Below are positions 9,942-19,203 of a DNA stretch of 58,122 nucleotides, piece after piece. Origin of the DNA: Pseudomonadota bacterium (GTDB lineage: Bacteria > Pseudomonadota > Gammaproteobacteria > Xanthomonadales > SZUA-38); contig JBCCZC010000001.1 in assembly GCA_039188505.1 (NCBI GenBank), forward strand, positions 1-58,122, read 5' to 3'. The first letter of the stretch is position 1, and every line of letters begins with the position of its first letter. The translations under genes were made by a program, and so were the position numbers. Under the pieces are notes generated by a model. That model saw only the letters and a program-made list of their open reading frames with translations, had not been told where the DNA came from and ran no database searches.

Positions 9942-11737
9942 CAGAGGACCTCCAGAAGCCGTGCGGGCACGCGCACGGGAATGGCGAGGAGCAGCTGCGA
10001 GTAACCCTTGCCCTGCGGATCGTTGCGCAGGCTCGCCACGCCGCCGCCGCCGAGGACGTCGTGGAGGACGAAATTGATGGCTGCGGGCCCTGGCAGGAGG
10101 AACCGTTCGATTCGCGACGGCGAGAAGTGGGCGAAGCGCGCGTTGACCGCGTCGACCGTGAGCGCCGCCCAGAGCCAGGGGAGCAGCTCCGGCGCCCGCG
10201 CGATGACGCCGATATTGGCGCGGTCACCCTTGTCGCCGCTGCGGGCCCAGGCAAGCCGAACGAGCGGGACCTCGACGAGTTCCTCGGCGTCGGGAAGAGT
10301 CGGCTCGGCGGGGCGGACGGGCGCGGGCGCGGGCAGCGCTGCGGCGGAAGGCGTGTCGGCGACCTCGAGGACATCACCGTCACCATGCACGGACGTGCGC
10401 ACCTCGGACCGGGGCACGAGGAACGAGAAGAGCCTGACGACGGGCGACGGCCGCGGGCGTCCCGCTGCGGAGAACAGGGTGAGACCGGGCGGCGCCGCCA
10501 GCGCCGCGCCGACCACCTCGCGCAGGAGTATGCCGACCCCCTCGGGTCGACCGTGCCGCGCTGCAATCTTCAGGGTGACCTCGCGGGCGGCGGGCGCTTC
10601 GCCGAAGGCGCCGTAATGGGCATCGTCGCCGAAGGTCTCGACGCACCACTCGATCATCGGCTCGAGATCTCTTGCTGCAAGCAGCCGCTCGGTTCTCGCC
10701 CGCACCGCGGCGGCGAAGGCCCGGGCGCGGTCCGCCGCGCGATCGCCGTAGAGAAACACGAGCTGGCCGGCACGAAAGCCGTCGGCCCAGGTCACGCTGG
10801 CCTTCAGCGTTTCTGTCGGGGGGCGTCCGCGTGCGCCCGCGACGCGCACCCGGTCGGCCCCCAGCTGCTCGACGCGCACGTCCGAGAAGTCGCAGACCAC
10901 GTCCGGCAGCACATAGGCCTGGGGATCCTCGATCTCGTAGAGCAGCTGCTCGCTGACGGTGCCGACCGTGACCGCACCGCCGCTTCCCTCGGGCTTCGAG
11001 ACGACGAAGCTGCCGTCCTCGGCGATTTCCGCGACCGGATAGCCGATGTCGGCGAGGGAATCCGCAACCGTCTCCCAGTCGGTGTGGTTACCGCCGGTCG
11101 CCTGGGTGCTGCACTCGAGCACGTGTCCCGCGAGGCTGCCGCCCGCCAGCCGATCGTAGGCATCGATCTGCCAGTCGAAAGCGTGGATGCACGCCCCCAG
11201 CGCCACGGCGCTGTCGACGACCCGCCCGGTGATCACGATGTCCGCGCCGCTCTCCAGGGCAACGGCGATCGGGCGTGCGCCGAGGTAGGCGTTGATGCTC
11301 GCGATCCGTCCGGCGGGCGGGAACGGCTGCCCGGTGAACTGCTCGGTAACGCCGGTCGTCGCGAAGCATTCGGCCCGGTCGACGAGGTCGTCGCCGCGAA
11401 CCACTGCGACGCTGAGATCCAGGCCGGCCTCGGCAATGAGCTGTCGCAGCCGCGCCGCGCACGCTTGCGGATTGACGCCGCCAGCATTCGACACCACCCG
11501 CACTCCCTGCTCGGCGAGCGTGGCGAGATTCGGCGCCATCACCGCATCCACGAAATCCGTCGCGTAGCCCGCGTCGGAATCCTTCGCCCGGGCACGGGCG
11601 AGGATCGACATGGTGATCTCGGCAAGGTAGTCGAAGACGACGTAGTCGATCGAGCCGGCGGCGAGGAGCTCCGGAAGATTGACGGCGCTCTCGCCCCAGA
11701 AGCCGCTGGCGCCGGCGATGCGGACGGTATCGGTGAT
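9941..11737 (-). CDS. AtuA-like (DUF1446) acyclic terpene utilisation family protein, probable non-canonical AUC start
   Basis: The ORF-track start (ATG 11611) falls inside the conserved N-terminus. The frame continues upstream as IITDTVRIAGASGFWGESAVNLPELLAAGSIDYVVFDYLAEIT-M, the family N-terminal signature. There is no ATG/GTG/TTG before the TAA at 11765-11767. AAGGGG lies 7 nt before the ATC at 11735-11737. Confidence 0.75.
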   Translation of the reverse strand: MTDTVRIAGASGFWGESAVNLPELLAAGSIDYVVFDYLAEITMSILARARAKDSDAGYATDFVDAVMAPNLATLAEQGVRVVSNAGGVNPQACAARLRQLIAEAGLDLSVAVVRGDDLVDRAECFATTGVTEQFTGQPFPPAGRIASINAYLGARPIAVALESGADIVITGRVVDSAVALGACIHAFDWQIDAYDRLAGGSLAGHVLECSTQATGGNHTDWETVADSLADIGYPVAEIAEDGSFVVSKPEGSGGAVTVGTVSEQLLYEIEDPQAYVLPDVVCDFSDVRVEQLGADRVRVAGARGRPPTETLKASVTWADGFRAGQLVFLYGDRAADRARAFAAAVRARTERLLAARDLEPMIEWCVETFGDDAHYGAFGEAPAAREVTLKIAARHGRPEGVGILLREVVGAALAAPPGLTLFSAAGRPRPSPVVRLFSFLVPRSEVRTSVHGDGDVLEVADTPSAAALPAPAPVRPAEPTLPDAEELVEVPLVRLAWARSGDKGDRANIGVIARAPELLPWLWAALTVDAVNARFAHFSPSRIERFLLPGPAAINFVLHDVLGGGGVASLRNDPQGKGYSQLLLAIPVRVPARLLEVL

Positions 11738-11784
11738 GATCGTGCCCCTTCGGATCGGATTGAATTATGAAAGCAAATCATTTT

Positions 11785-11803
11785 AAATGAGTCAAACTCA
11801 TTT
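11785..11803. promoter_or_regulatory. perfect 8-3-8 inverted repeat, candidate TetR operator in the divergent control region
   Basis: AAATGAGT-caa-ACTCATTT lies between the atuA-like operon and the ACAD-TetR pair, in the only AT-rich stretch of the region. Confidence 0.5.
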
Positions 11804-11819
11804 TCGAGGACAGACCACC

Positions 11820-12962
11820 GTGCGCAGCCCTTTCGACACCGAGGAACGCCAGGCCTTTCGCGACACCGCAAGGCGCTTCATCGAACGCGAGATCGCGCCG
11901 TTCGCCGACGCCTGGGACGAGGCGGGCGAATTTCCATGGGAGCTGCACGCCAAGGTCGGCGCGCTGGGGGCCTTCGGCTTCGGCATCGAGGAGCAGTACG
12001 GCGGCCTCGGCTTCGATGACGCCTTCATGCGCGCGGCTTTCGCCGAGGAGATGGGCCGCTGCGGCGCCACCGGCATTCCCGCGGCGCTCGGCTCACGCGG
12101 TATTTCCCTCGGGCCGATCCAGACCCTCGCGAGCCCCGAACTCAAGGAGCGGGTCATTCCGCCGGTCGTGGCCGGCACGCAGAATTCCTGCCTGGCCATC
12201 ACGGAGCCTTCCGGGGGTTCCGACGTCGCCGGCCTGCGGACCACCGCCCGCCGCGACGGAGACAGCTACCTGCTCAACGGCAGCAAGACCTTCATCACCG
12301 GCGCCATGAACGCCGACTTCTTCGTCGTCGGTGCGCGCACCGGGGGGGCCGGGCTTGGCGGCATCTCGCTGTTCCTCGTGGAGGCCGGCATGGACGGCTT
12401 TCGCCGCACGGCGCTCGATCGCAAGATGGGCTGGTGGTGTGCCGACCAGGCTACGCTCTACTTCGAGGATTGTCGGGTGCCCGCGGCACACCTGCTAGGC
12501 CCCGAGAACCGCGGCTTTCTCGCCATCATGGAGAATTTCAATCTCGAGCGGCTGGGCCTCGTCGCCCAGTCGCTCGGCATGATGAAGGTCTGCTTCGAGG
12601 ACGCGCTCGCCTGGGCGCGGGACCGTGAGACCTTCGGCAAGCACCTCATCGAGCACCAGGTGATCCGCCACAAGTTCGCTGACATGAGCGCGAAGATAGA
12701 CGCGGTGGAGGCCTACCTCAACCAGCTCTGCTGGCTGATCAACGAGGGCGAGATGCCGGTCGCCGAGATCTGCAAGGCGAAGTTCTTCGCCACCAAGGCG
12801 CTCGAGTTCTGCGCCAGCGAGGCGATGCAGATCTTCGGCGGCGCAGGCTACCTGCGCGGGAACCGCGTCGAGCGGGTCTACCGCGAGGTGAAGGTCATGG
12901 CCATCGGCGGCGGCTCCGAGGAGATCATGCGCGATCTCGCCAGCCGCCAGCTCGGCCTGTGA
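11820..12962 (+). CDS. acyl-CoA dehydrogenase
   Basis: ACAD motifs are present (e.g. AITEPSGGSDVAG, QIFGGAGY). GTG 11820 is preceded by GAGGA at 9 nt and gives the usual N-terminus RSPFDTEERQAFRD. The ORF-track ATG 11787 has no SD and lies inside the palindrome. Confidence 0.9.
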   Translation: MRSPFDTEERQAFRDTARRFIEREIAPFADAWDEAGEFPWELHAKVGALGAFGFGIEEQYGGLGFDDAFMRAAFAEEMGRCGATGIPAALGSRGISLGPIQTLASPELKERVIPPVVAGTQNSCLAITEPSGGSDVAGLRTTARRDGDSYLLNGSKTFITGAMNADFFVVGARTGGAGLGGISLFLVEAGMDGFRRTALDRKMGWWCADQATLYFEDCRVPAAHLLGPENRGFLAIMENFNLERLGLVAQSLGMMKVCFEDALAWARDRETFGKHLIEHQVIRHKFADMSAKIDAVEAYLNQLCWLINEGEMPVAEICKAKFFATKALEFCASEAMQIFGGAGYLRGNRVERVYREVKVMAIGGGSEEIMRDLASRQLGL

Positions 12963-13675
12963 GCGGGACGAAGCCCACCCGCCGGGAGCGCCTCGAGGCC
13001 CGCGAGGAGGTGATCCTCGACGCCGCCCGAAAGGTCTTTCGCGACGGTGGCTACGCGGGGGCGAAGATGTCTGATATCGCCCGCGCCGCTGCCGTGGCCG
13101 AGGGCACGCTGTATCTGTATTTCAAGAACAAGGATGCCCTGCTCGAGGCGGTCATCGAGCGCTTCTACGACGATCTCACGGACGACGCCGAGCGCGGTGT
13201 CGCGCCCATCGAGGACACCTTCGAGCGCCTGGCCTTCCTCGCGCGCCACCACGTCGATCGCTGCCTGGCCGAGTGGCAGCTCCTCGAACTCATGATCGGC
13301 CTGTACCGGGGCGGTATGGGCTACGACTACGGCAGCCACCGCTCCCTCAATCGTCGCTATGTCGCGATCTTCGACCGGGTGATCCGGGAAGGTATGCATC
13401 GCGGCGAACTGCGGGATGACCTGCCCCCGCGCCTGCTGCGCGATCTCTTCTACGGCACGCTCGAATACGCCATCCGCACGCTGCGGATGCACCCGGAGGA
13501 AACCCCGGACAACGACGGTACCGTCGCCGGCGTGCTGTCGATCCTCCGCCAAGGGGCCGTGGTCCCGGGTGCGTCCGCGCAGCCCCCAAGCGAGGCGGTG
13601 CGCCTGGAACGCGTCGCCGACCGGCTGACCCGCGTGGCAACGCGCCTCGAGACCCGCCTCGACGACGTCCGCTAG
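12959..13675 (+). CDS. TetR/AcrR family transcriptional regulator
   Basis: N-terminal HTH ILDAARKVFRDGGYAGAKMSDIARAAAVAEGTLYLYFKNKDALL. The GTG start overlaps the ACAD stop (GTGA). Confidence 0.9.
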   Translation: MSGTKPTRRERLEAREEVILDAARKVFRDGGYAGAKMSDIARAAAVAEGTLYLYFKNKDALLEAVIERFYDDLTDDAERGVAPIEDTFERLAFLARHHVDRCLAEWQLLELMIGLYRGGMGYDYGSHRSLNRRYVAIFDRVIREGMHRGELRDDLPPRLLRDLFYGTLEYAIRTLRMHPEETPDNDGTVAGVLSILRQGAVVPGASAQPPSEAVRLERVADRLTRVATRLETRLDDVR

Positions 13676-13750
13676 GGGCTCGAGCTGGCATTCCCCGCTC
13701 CCCGGCGCATACTGGAGGGAGAGCACCGGAGGATCCACGGTCGAGGAGGA

Positions 13751-14449
13751 ATGTCGATGCGCAGCGCTAGCCACACCCTGGCCTTGACCCTGCTGTTCGC
13801 GGCGGGCTTCGCTGGCGCAGCAGTCGAGCGCTCCGCGGACGGGCCGTTGGTGTGGCGCAGCCACAAGCATCTCAGCTGGGTCACGCGCGGCTGGGAACAG
13901 GTCGAGGCGGGCAACATCGACCGCGCGGAGAAGCACTTCCAGCGCGTTGCCGAGCGCACCCGCGACGGCTACGAGCGCTCGCAGGCGCTGCTGGGCCTGG
14001 CGGCCGTGCAGCAGCTGCGCGGCCAGACCGTTGCCGCCCTGGCCGTCTATCGGGAAATCGTGGCTCTCAATCGCCTGCCCGACGCCGCCCACCAGATGGT
14101 CGTGGCCCGGATCAGCGACATCCTGGCGGCGCCGATCCGGACAGCCGCCATCGACCCGCGGCCGGCCGCAGCGGAAGCAGCGGTCGGGCCGCGCGAGCTC
14201 GAGCCCATCGCGCAGGTCGCACCGCGCTATCCGCGCAAGGCCCTGCGGGGCCGCCTGGAAGGCGAGGTCACGGTGCTGGCGACGGTCAACCGACACGGCG
14301 CGGTGATCGACGTCGAGGTGGTCAGCGCCTCGCCCACGGGGCTGTTCGAGGAGGCGGCCCTGGCGGCCATGCAGCGCTGGCGATTTTCGCCCCCCGAGCG
14401 TATCGCTCAAGTCGAGCAGACCTTCGACTTCCTTCTCGAGGAGCGTTGA
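13751..14449 (+). CDS. secreted TonB C-terminal domain protein
   Basis: Signal peptide LALTLLFAAGFAGAA. The C-terminus PRYPRKALRGRLEGEVTVLATVNRHGAVIDVEVVSASPTGLFEEAALAAMQRWRFSP matches the TonB_C pattern. ATG 13757 is the better-spaced start behind GAGGAGGA. Confidence 0.75.
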   Translation: MSMRSASHTLALTLLFAAGFAGAAVERSADGPLVWRSHKHLSWVTRGWEQVEAGNIDRAEKHFQRVAERTRDGYERSQALLGLAAVQQLRGQTVAALAVYREIVALNRLPDAAHQMVVARISDILAAPIRTAAIDPRPAAAEAAVGPRELEPIAQVAPRYPRKALRGRLEGEVTVLATVNRHGAVIDVEVVSASPTGLFEEAALAAMQRWRFSPPERIAQVEQTFDFLLEER

Positions 14450-14468
14450 TCCGGTTCGGGCCTGCCGC

Positions 14469-15143
14469 CTAGTTACCCGTGGATTGCTGCGCCACCGTAC
14501 GGCTGCCGCGCTGCACGCCCGCACGGGTCAGAGCCGAGGCGATGTGGGGGCCGCCAACTTCCAGCGCGTCGACCCAGGAGCCTGGATTGCGGACGGCAAA
14601 CGAGCCTTCCCAGGCGGGGCCGGCGCCCTCGCCGAGAAACAGCGTGGCGCGAACCTCCTTGAGCAGGTCGTCGCCGCGGGCCGCAGCACCGAGCTGTCCG
14701 CCGGTCGAATGAAGCTGGGCAATCTCGTCTTCAAAGTTGACGAGGCCGAGCTGCGTGTCGACGAACAACGGGTCCCCGCGGTCGGCAAGCTCGATGGCAC
14801 CCGGGACGATGACCAGCAGGGCACGTCCCCGGGAGCCTTCCAGTAGCCGCTCGACCACTTCGGGATCGTCGAGTCCGGCAGCCACCGGCGCCGGCCTGGC
14901 GTCGATGCCGGCCGACCGCAGATCCGCGAGCAACCGCGCCTCGGCGTAGCGGTGCTGACCGGGAACCAGCTGCAACTTCGGCACGTGCACGAAGACCTCC
15001 TCGACGGCTGCGAGCGAGGTCGTTTCCGTCGGCGTCGTCGACACCTGCACGTTGCCGCAGCCAACGAGCGCCGCCATCAGCGTAACCGCAGCAAGCCCTC
15101 GCAGGCCCTTCGAGCACCATTCCCTGAGCATCGACCACTCCAT
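14469..15143 (-). CDS. hypothetical lipoprotein
   Basis: Lipobox LMAALVGC after a basic N-terminus. No family recognised. Confidence 0.6.
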   Translation of the reverse strand: MEWSMLREWCSKGLRGLAAVTLMAALVGCGNVQVSTTPTETTSLAAVEEVFVHVPKLQLVPGQHRYAEARLLADLRSAGIDARPAPVAAGLDDPEVVERLLEGSRGRALLVIVPGAIELADRGDPLFVDTQLGLVNFEDEIAQLHSTGGQLGAAARGDDLLKEVRATLFLGEGAGPAWEGSFAVRNPGSWVDALEVGGPHIASALTRAGVQRGSRTVAQQSTGN

Positions 15144-15219
15144 CGGTAATTTCGAACTGAATTCATTATCAGGTCGGCATGATCGATGTTTTGTGATGCC
15201 GCTGGGGAGTGCGACATCG

Positions 15220-16854
15220 CTACTCGCCCAGGGTGGCCCGGACGAGGCTGTCGTCGCCGGTCATCTCCCAGTGGATCAGCGAAACGGGAATCACGCCCGC
15301 GGCATCCAGCTCCGCGAAGAAGGTCTTGAACTCGAAGTCTTCGCCCAGCTGCTCGGCGCGGGCGGCAATGAGCTTTTCGATCAGGTACTTTCCGGTGACG
15401 TAGCTCGTGCCGTAGCCCGGCTGCCGCAGATAGAGGAGCTGCTCGAAGCCGAGCAGATCGAGGTCCTCCCGCATCCATCCGCGTGGCGTCCAGCGCACGT
15501 GGTAGTCGCGCGCTTCCTTGAGAGTGAACTCGTTGGCATGGGCATGGAGCGATCCGAGTCCACGGGCGGCGCGTTGCGCCAGCATGATCCAGACGATCTC
15601 GCGCACCTGCGGGTTGTCGTCATAGAGCCCCAGGTGCATCGCCAGCTCTTCGATCCCTGTCGAGACGCCCTCTGCCCGGCTGTCGAAGATGTTGTAGAGG
15701 AGTGGCCCGCGCCGAACCGGACTCGGGTGGGGGATCTCCGCCATGCGAGCCAGGTCCCACCAGTGATAGAAATGGGTGTAGAGCGTCATCGGCTCGTAGT
15801 GGACGGCGCGCCAGAAGAAGTTGCGCTCCTCCTCGGGCACGAACCGGCCCAGCTGCGCCCGCAGCGCGGGGTCCATCCAGTCGTGGATCTCGAGGATGTC
15901 GTTGTCCCCCAGGAATTCGATGTAGCGACTCGCCGAGGCGTTGGACTTGACCTCGTACTCCTCTGGCGAGGAGATCTGCGGCAGCGGCGGCAGGTTACGA
16001 TTGCGGTGCTCCTCGAGCCGGAGGGAGCTGTGGGCCCGGGCCAGCTCGCGCTCGAGCAGCCGGACCTCGTCTTCCCAGGACAGCGGGACGAGATGAACGT
16101 GACGCAGGTACCAGCTGTAGTCGTCCTTGCCGATGCCCGAGGGACCGCTCTTCTTCTGGCCCTCGGCTTCGAGCCAGTCAACGAAGGCATCCGTAGCGGC
16201 CCGGGCTCCGGCGACCGCCTCGCGGAGCTTCGACCCATTGTCCGTAACCTGCGCGGTCAGCTCGCCGAGGGTGGTGGACTGACCGCGAAGGTCGTCGATC
16301 CCCGCGATCCAGAGCTCGCGCGCGTTGCCGGTCAGGTTTCCGCGAGCCTGTTCCAGCAACGGGGGAATCGTCGCGAGCTCCGTCGCGAGCTTCTCCTCGC
16401 CGGACGCGTCCAGGGGGAAGGTGTACGTCCAGAGTTCGACGAGCGCGTGGTGGGTCGGCCCCTCGTGCGCCGGCGTATCGCTCTGATAGGTCCAGACCGA
16501 CGTGTAGTAGGCCGGATCCCGTGCCCAGGGCTGGAGTACCCGGATATTGAAGTCCATGCCGTTCATCTCGGCGCGGATCAGGTGCCAGTCGACCTGCTGC
16601 GGAACGGGCCAGCCCGACGGATCCAGGGCATCCAGCTTGGCCCGCAGCAGCTTCAGTCCGCGGGCCTTCTCCGCCATGGCCGCAGCCGAGTAGTCCGGCG
16701 CGCCGTTCTTCCACACCGGCGCTTCGAAGGCGCGCCATTCCGCGAACAGCTCGGCGACCGCGGGGTGGGTGCCGGCTACGGCCTGCCCCGCTCCGAGCGC
16801 ACATCCCAGCGCCAGTCCGGCGACCGCGCGACCCCACAGGCCATTGACCATCAT
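15220..16854 (-). CDS. DUF885 family protein (secreted)
   Basis: Start at MMVNGLWGRAVAGLALGCALGAG (signal peptide) with GGGGAG 4 nt upstream. The length and the C-terminal pattern (HANEFTLKEARDYH, GYGTSYVTGK) fit DUF885. The 870-aa ORF-track version extends antisense into the HMGR gene. Confidence 0.8.
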   Translation of the reverse strand: MMVNGLWGRAVAGLALGCALGAGQAVAGTHPAVAELFAEWRAFEAPVWKNGAPDYSAAAMAEKARGLKLLRAKLDALDPSGWPVPQQVDWHLIRAEMNGMDFNIRVLQPWARDPAYYTSVWTYQSDTPAHEGPTHHALVELWTYTFPLDASGEEKLATELATIPPLLEQARGNLTGNARELWIAGIDDLRGQSTTLGELTAQVTDNGSKLREAVAGARAATDAFVDWLEAEGQKKSGPSGIGKDDYSWYLRHVHLVPLSWEDEVRLLERELARAHSSLRLEEHRNRNLPPLPQISSPEEYEVKSNASASRYIEFLGDNDILEIHDWMDPALRAQLGRFVPEEERNFFWRAVHYEPMTLYTHFYHWWDLARMAEIPHPSPVRRGPLLYNIFDSRAEGVSTGIEELAMHLGLYDDNPQVREIVWIMLAQRAARGLGSLHAHANEFTLKEARDYHVRWTPRGWMREDLDLLGFEQLLYLRQPGYGTSYVTGKYLIEKLIAARAEQLGEDFEFKTFFAELDAAGVIPVSLIHWEMTGDDSLVRATLGE

Positions 16855-16935
16855 CTGACTCCCCGGCAAAGGTCCGCATTGTGCCACGCCCATCGGCCGG
16901 GCATCATCGAATGCTCCGACCCGCGAGGAGTAGCC

Positions 16936-18108
16936 GTGTCCGACAGCCCGCGCATCCCCCGCTTCCCCGACGACTACACGCGCGAGGCCGCCAGCGGCCG
17001 ACGTGATTTCATCTCGGACCAGACGGGGGTCTCCACCGAACACCTGGGCCACTACTCCCTGGATCCTGCGGTCCTGCCCGGCAACATCGAGCATTTCGTG
17101 GGGGTCGTGCAGATGCCCGTGGGCCTCGCCGGCCCCCTGCGGATCAACGGCGAGCACGCGCAGGGCGACTTCTACGTACCCATGGCGACCACAGAGGGGA
17201 CACTCGTCGCCAGCTACAACCGCGGCATGCGGGCGCTCACCGAATCCGGCGGCGTGAAGACCACGGTCGTGCACCAGTTCATGCAGCGCTCGCCAGTCTT
17301 CCACTTCGACGACGCCCGCGCGGCCCGTCGCTTCGACGCTTGGCTGGACGAGGTCTTCGACGACGTCCGCGAAGCCGCCGAGTCGACCACGCGGATCGGC
17401 AAGCTGACGCACATCCAGCGCTGGCCCGTCGGCCGGAGCCTCTATCTGCGGTGCAACTACACGACGGGCGACGCAGCAGGACAGAACATGGTCAGCAAGG
17501 CGACCTACGTGGCCTGCGAGTGGCTGCGGCAGCACGCCCCCGTGCCCTGTCGCTACCTGCTGTCCGGCAATATCGACACGGACAAGAAGCATTCCCAGAT
17601 GAACCTGCTGCACACGCGGGGGCGGCGCGTGGTCGCCGAGGCCGTGCTCAAGCGGGACGTCGTCCGCCGGCTGCTGCACGTGGAGACCGCCCAGCTGGCC
17701 ACAGCCCGACACATCTCCAACGTCGGCGCCTTCATGGCCGGCGCGGCCAACAACGGCCCCCATGCCGCCAACGGCATCGCCGCCCTGTTCATCGCGACGG
17801 GGCAGGACGAGGCGAACGTCGTCGAGTCCCATACGGGGATCGTCTACAGCGAGCTGCTCGATGATGGCGACTACTGGTTCTCGGTGACGCTACCCTCGCT
17901 GATCGTCGCGACCCGCGGCGGCGGCACCGGGCTGCCGACCCAGCGCGAGTGTCTCGAGATGCTCGGCTGCTACGGCGACGGCAAGGCCGACAAGCTGGCC
18001 GAGATCGTGGCCGCGACCGTCCTGGCCGGCGATCTGTCGCTCGGGGCGGCCGTGCTCGCCGGCGATTGGGTCACGAGCCACGAGCGACTCGGTCGCAACC
18101 GGCCCTGA
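16936..18108 (+). CDS. class I hydroxymethylglutaryl-CoA reductase (NADPH type)
   Basis: The catalytic-domain motifs of class I HMGR are present: PMATTEGTLVAS, TGDAAGQNM, NIDTDKK, ATGQDEAN, GGGTGLPTQ and a C-terminal His (TSHERL). GTG 16936 is preceded by GAGGAG at 5 nt. About 390 aa with no membrane domain. Confidence 0.9.
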   Translation: MSDSPRIPRFPDDYTREAASGRRDFISDQTGVSTEHLGHYSLDPAVLPGNIEHFVGVVQMPVGLAGPLRINGEHAQGDFYVPMATTEGTLVASYNRGMRALTESGGVKTTVVHQFMQRSPVFHFDDARAARRFDAWLDEVFDDVREAAESTTRIGKLTHIQRWPVGRSLYLRCNYTTGDAAGQNMVSKATYVACEWLRQHAPVPCRYLLSGNIDTDKKHSQMNLLHTRGRRVVAEAVLKRDVVRRLLHVETAQLATARHISNVGAFMAGAANNGPHAANGIAALFIATGQDEANVVESHTGIVYSELLDDGDYWFSVTLPSLIVATRGGGTGLPTQRECLEMLGCYGDGKADKLAEIVAATVLAGDLSLGAAVLAGDWVTSHERLGRNRP

Positions 18109-18114
18109 GCAACC

Positions 18115-19137
18115 GTGGATCCCCTGAGTCAGGGCGCGCTGGGCGCGTCCACCAGCCAGAGTGTCGCATCCCGGAAACACATCGTTCTCGCGGGCATCCT
18201 CGGCTGGATCGGCGGCATGGCGCCGGACCTCGACGTCCTGATCCGGTCTCCGGAAGACCCGCTGCTCTTTCTCGAGTATCACCGCCAGTTCACCCACTCG
18301 CTCGTCTTCATCCCGGTCGGCGCCTTCATCTGCGCCCTAGTGCTCTACCCGGTCACCCGACGACACCTCTCCCTCCGGGAATCGTGGCTCTGGTGCCTCC
18401 TCGGCTACGCCACGCACGGACTCCTGGATGCTTGCACGTCTTACGGCACCCAGCTGTTCTGGCCCTTTACCAACGCGCGCATCGCTTGGAACAACGTGTC
18501 CGTCATCGATCCGCTGTTCACGCTGCCGCTGCTGCTCGGGGTGATCGTCGCGTTCGTGCGGCGCAGCCCGCGGGCTGCCCGCTTTGGCATCGGCTGGGCG
18601 ATCGCGTATCTCGCTCTGGGGCTGCTCCAGACCCACCGGGCCCAGCAGGCGGGGGAGCACATCGCGGCCAGCCGCGGCCATGCGCCGGTCGCCGTGTCGG
18701 CGAAACCCAGCTTCGCCAACCTCCTCGTGTGGAAGACCGTGTATGCCTACGACGGCTATTTCCACGTTGATGCGGTCCGCACCGGCGCCAGGGTCCGGTG
18801 GATGGCAGGCGATCGCCTGCCTACCCTCGATGTCGATCGGGACCTCCCCTGGCTCGATCCAGCCAGCCAGCAGGCCCGCGACATCGAGCGTTTCCGGTGG
18901 TTCTCCGCCGACTTCATCGCGCTCGACCCCGTCCGCCCGGACACGGTGGTCGACATCCGCTATTCCATGCTGCCGCAGGAGATCGACGCCCTCTGGGGCA
19001 TTGGCCTCGACCGGAACGCGGATCCCGCAGCGCACGTACGCTACGAAGTGTGGCGCGACGGGGCCCGCGAGCGCGGACCCGCATTGCTCGACATGATCAA
19101 CGATCGTGAATTCGGCAGCCCGTTACCGACGCCTTGA
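18115..19137 (+). CDS. membrane-bound metal-dependent hydrolase (YdjM/DUF457-like)
   Basis: N-terminus MDPLSQGALGAS... followed by APDLDVL and HRQFTHSL motifs and several TM segments. Confidence 0.65.
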   Translation: MDPLSQGALGASTSQSVASRKHIVLAGILGWIGGMAPDLDVLIRSPEDPLLFLEYHRQFTHSLVFIPVGAFICALVLYPVTRRHLSLRESWLWCLLGYATHGLLDACTSYGTQLFWPFTNARIAWNNVSVIDPLFTLPLLLGVIVAFVRRSPRAARFGIGWAIAYLALGLLQTHRAQQAGEHIAASRGHAPVAVSAKPSFANLLVWKTVYAYDGYFHVDAVRTGARVRWMAGDRLPTLDVDRDLPWLDPASQQARDIERFRWFSADFIALDPVRPDTVVDIRYSMLPQEIDALWGIGLDRNADPAAHVRYEVWRDGARERGPALLDMINDREFGSPLPTP

Positions 19138-19203
19138 GGACACGCGGGGACAAATTGAGGCACAATCACGCTGTGGGGTGTTGATTGCCGCGAGGCTCGA
19201 GTC

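Noticed and set aside
15052-18108. Very long, mutually antisense ORFs: 1018 aa on the plus strand (15052..18108) and 870 aa on the minus strand (15220..17832).
   Set aside because: Only 16936..18108(+) (HMGR) and 15220..16854(-) (DUF885) carry recognisable protein sequence, signal peptides and SD sites. The extensions are Arg/Gly/Pro-rich shadow frames typical of high-GC DNA.
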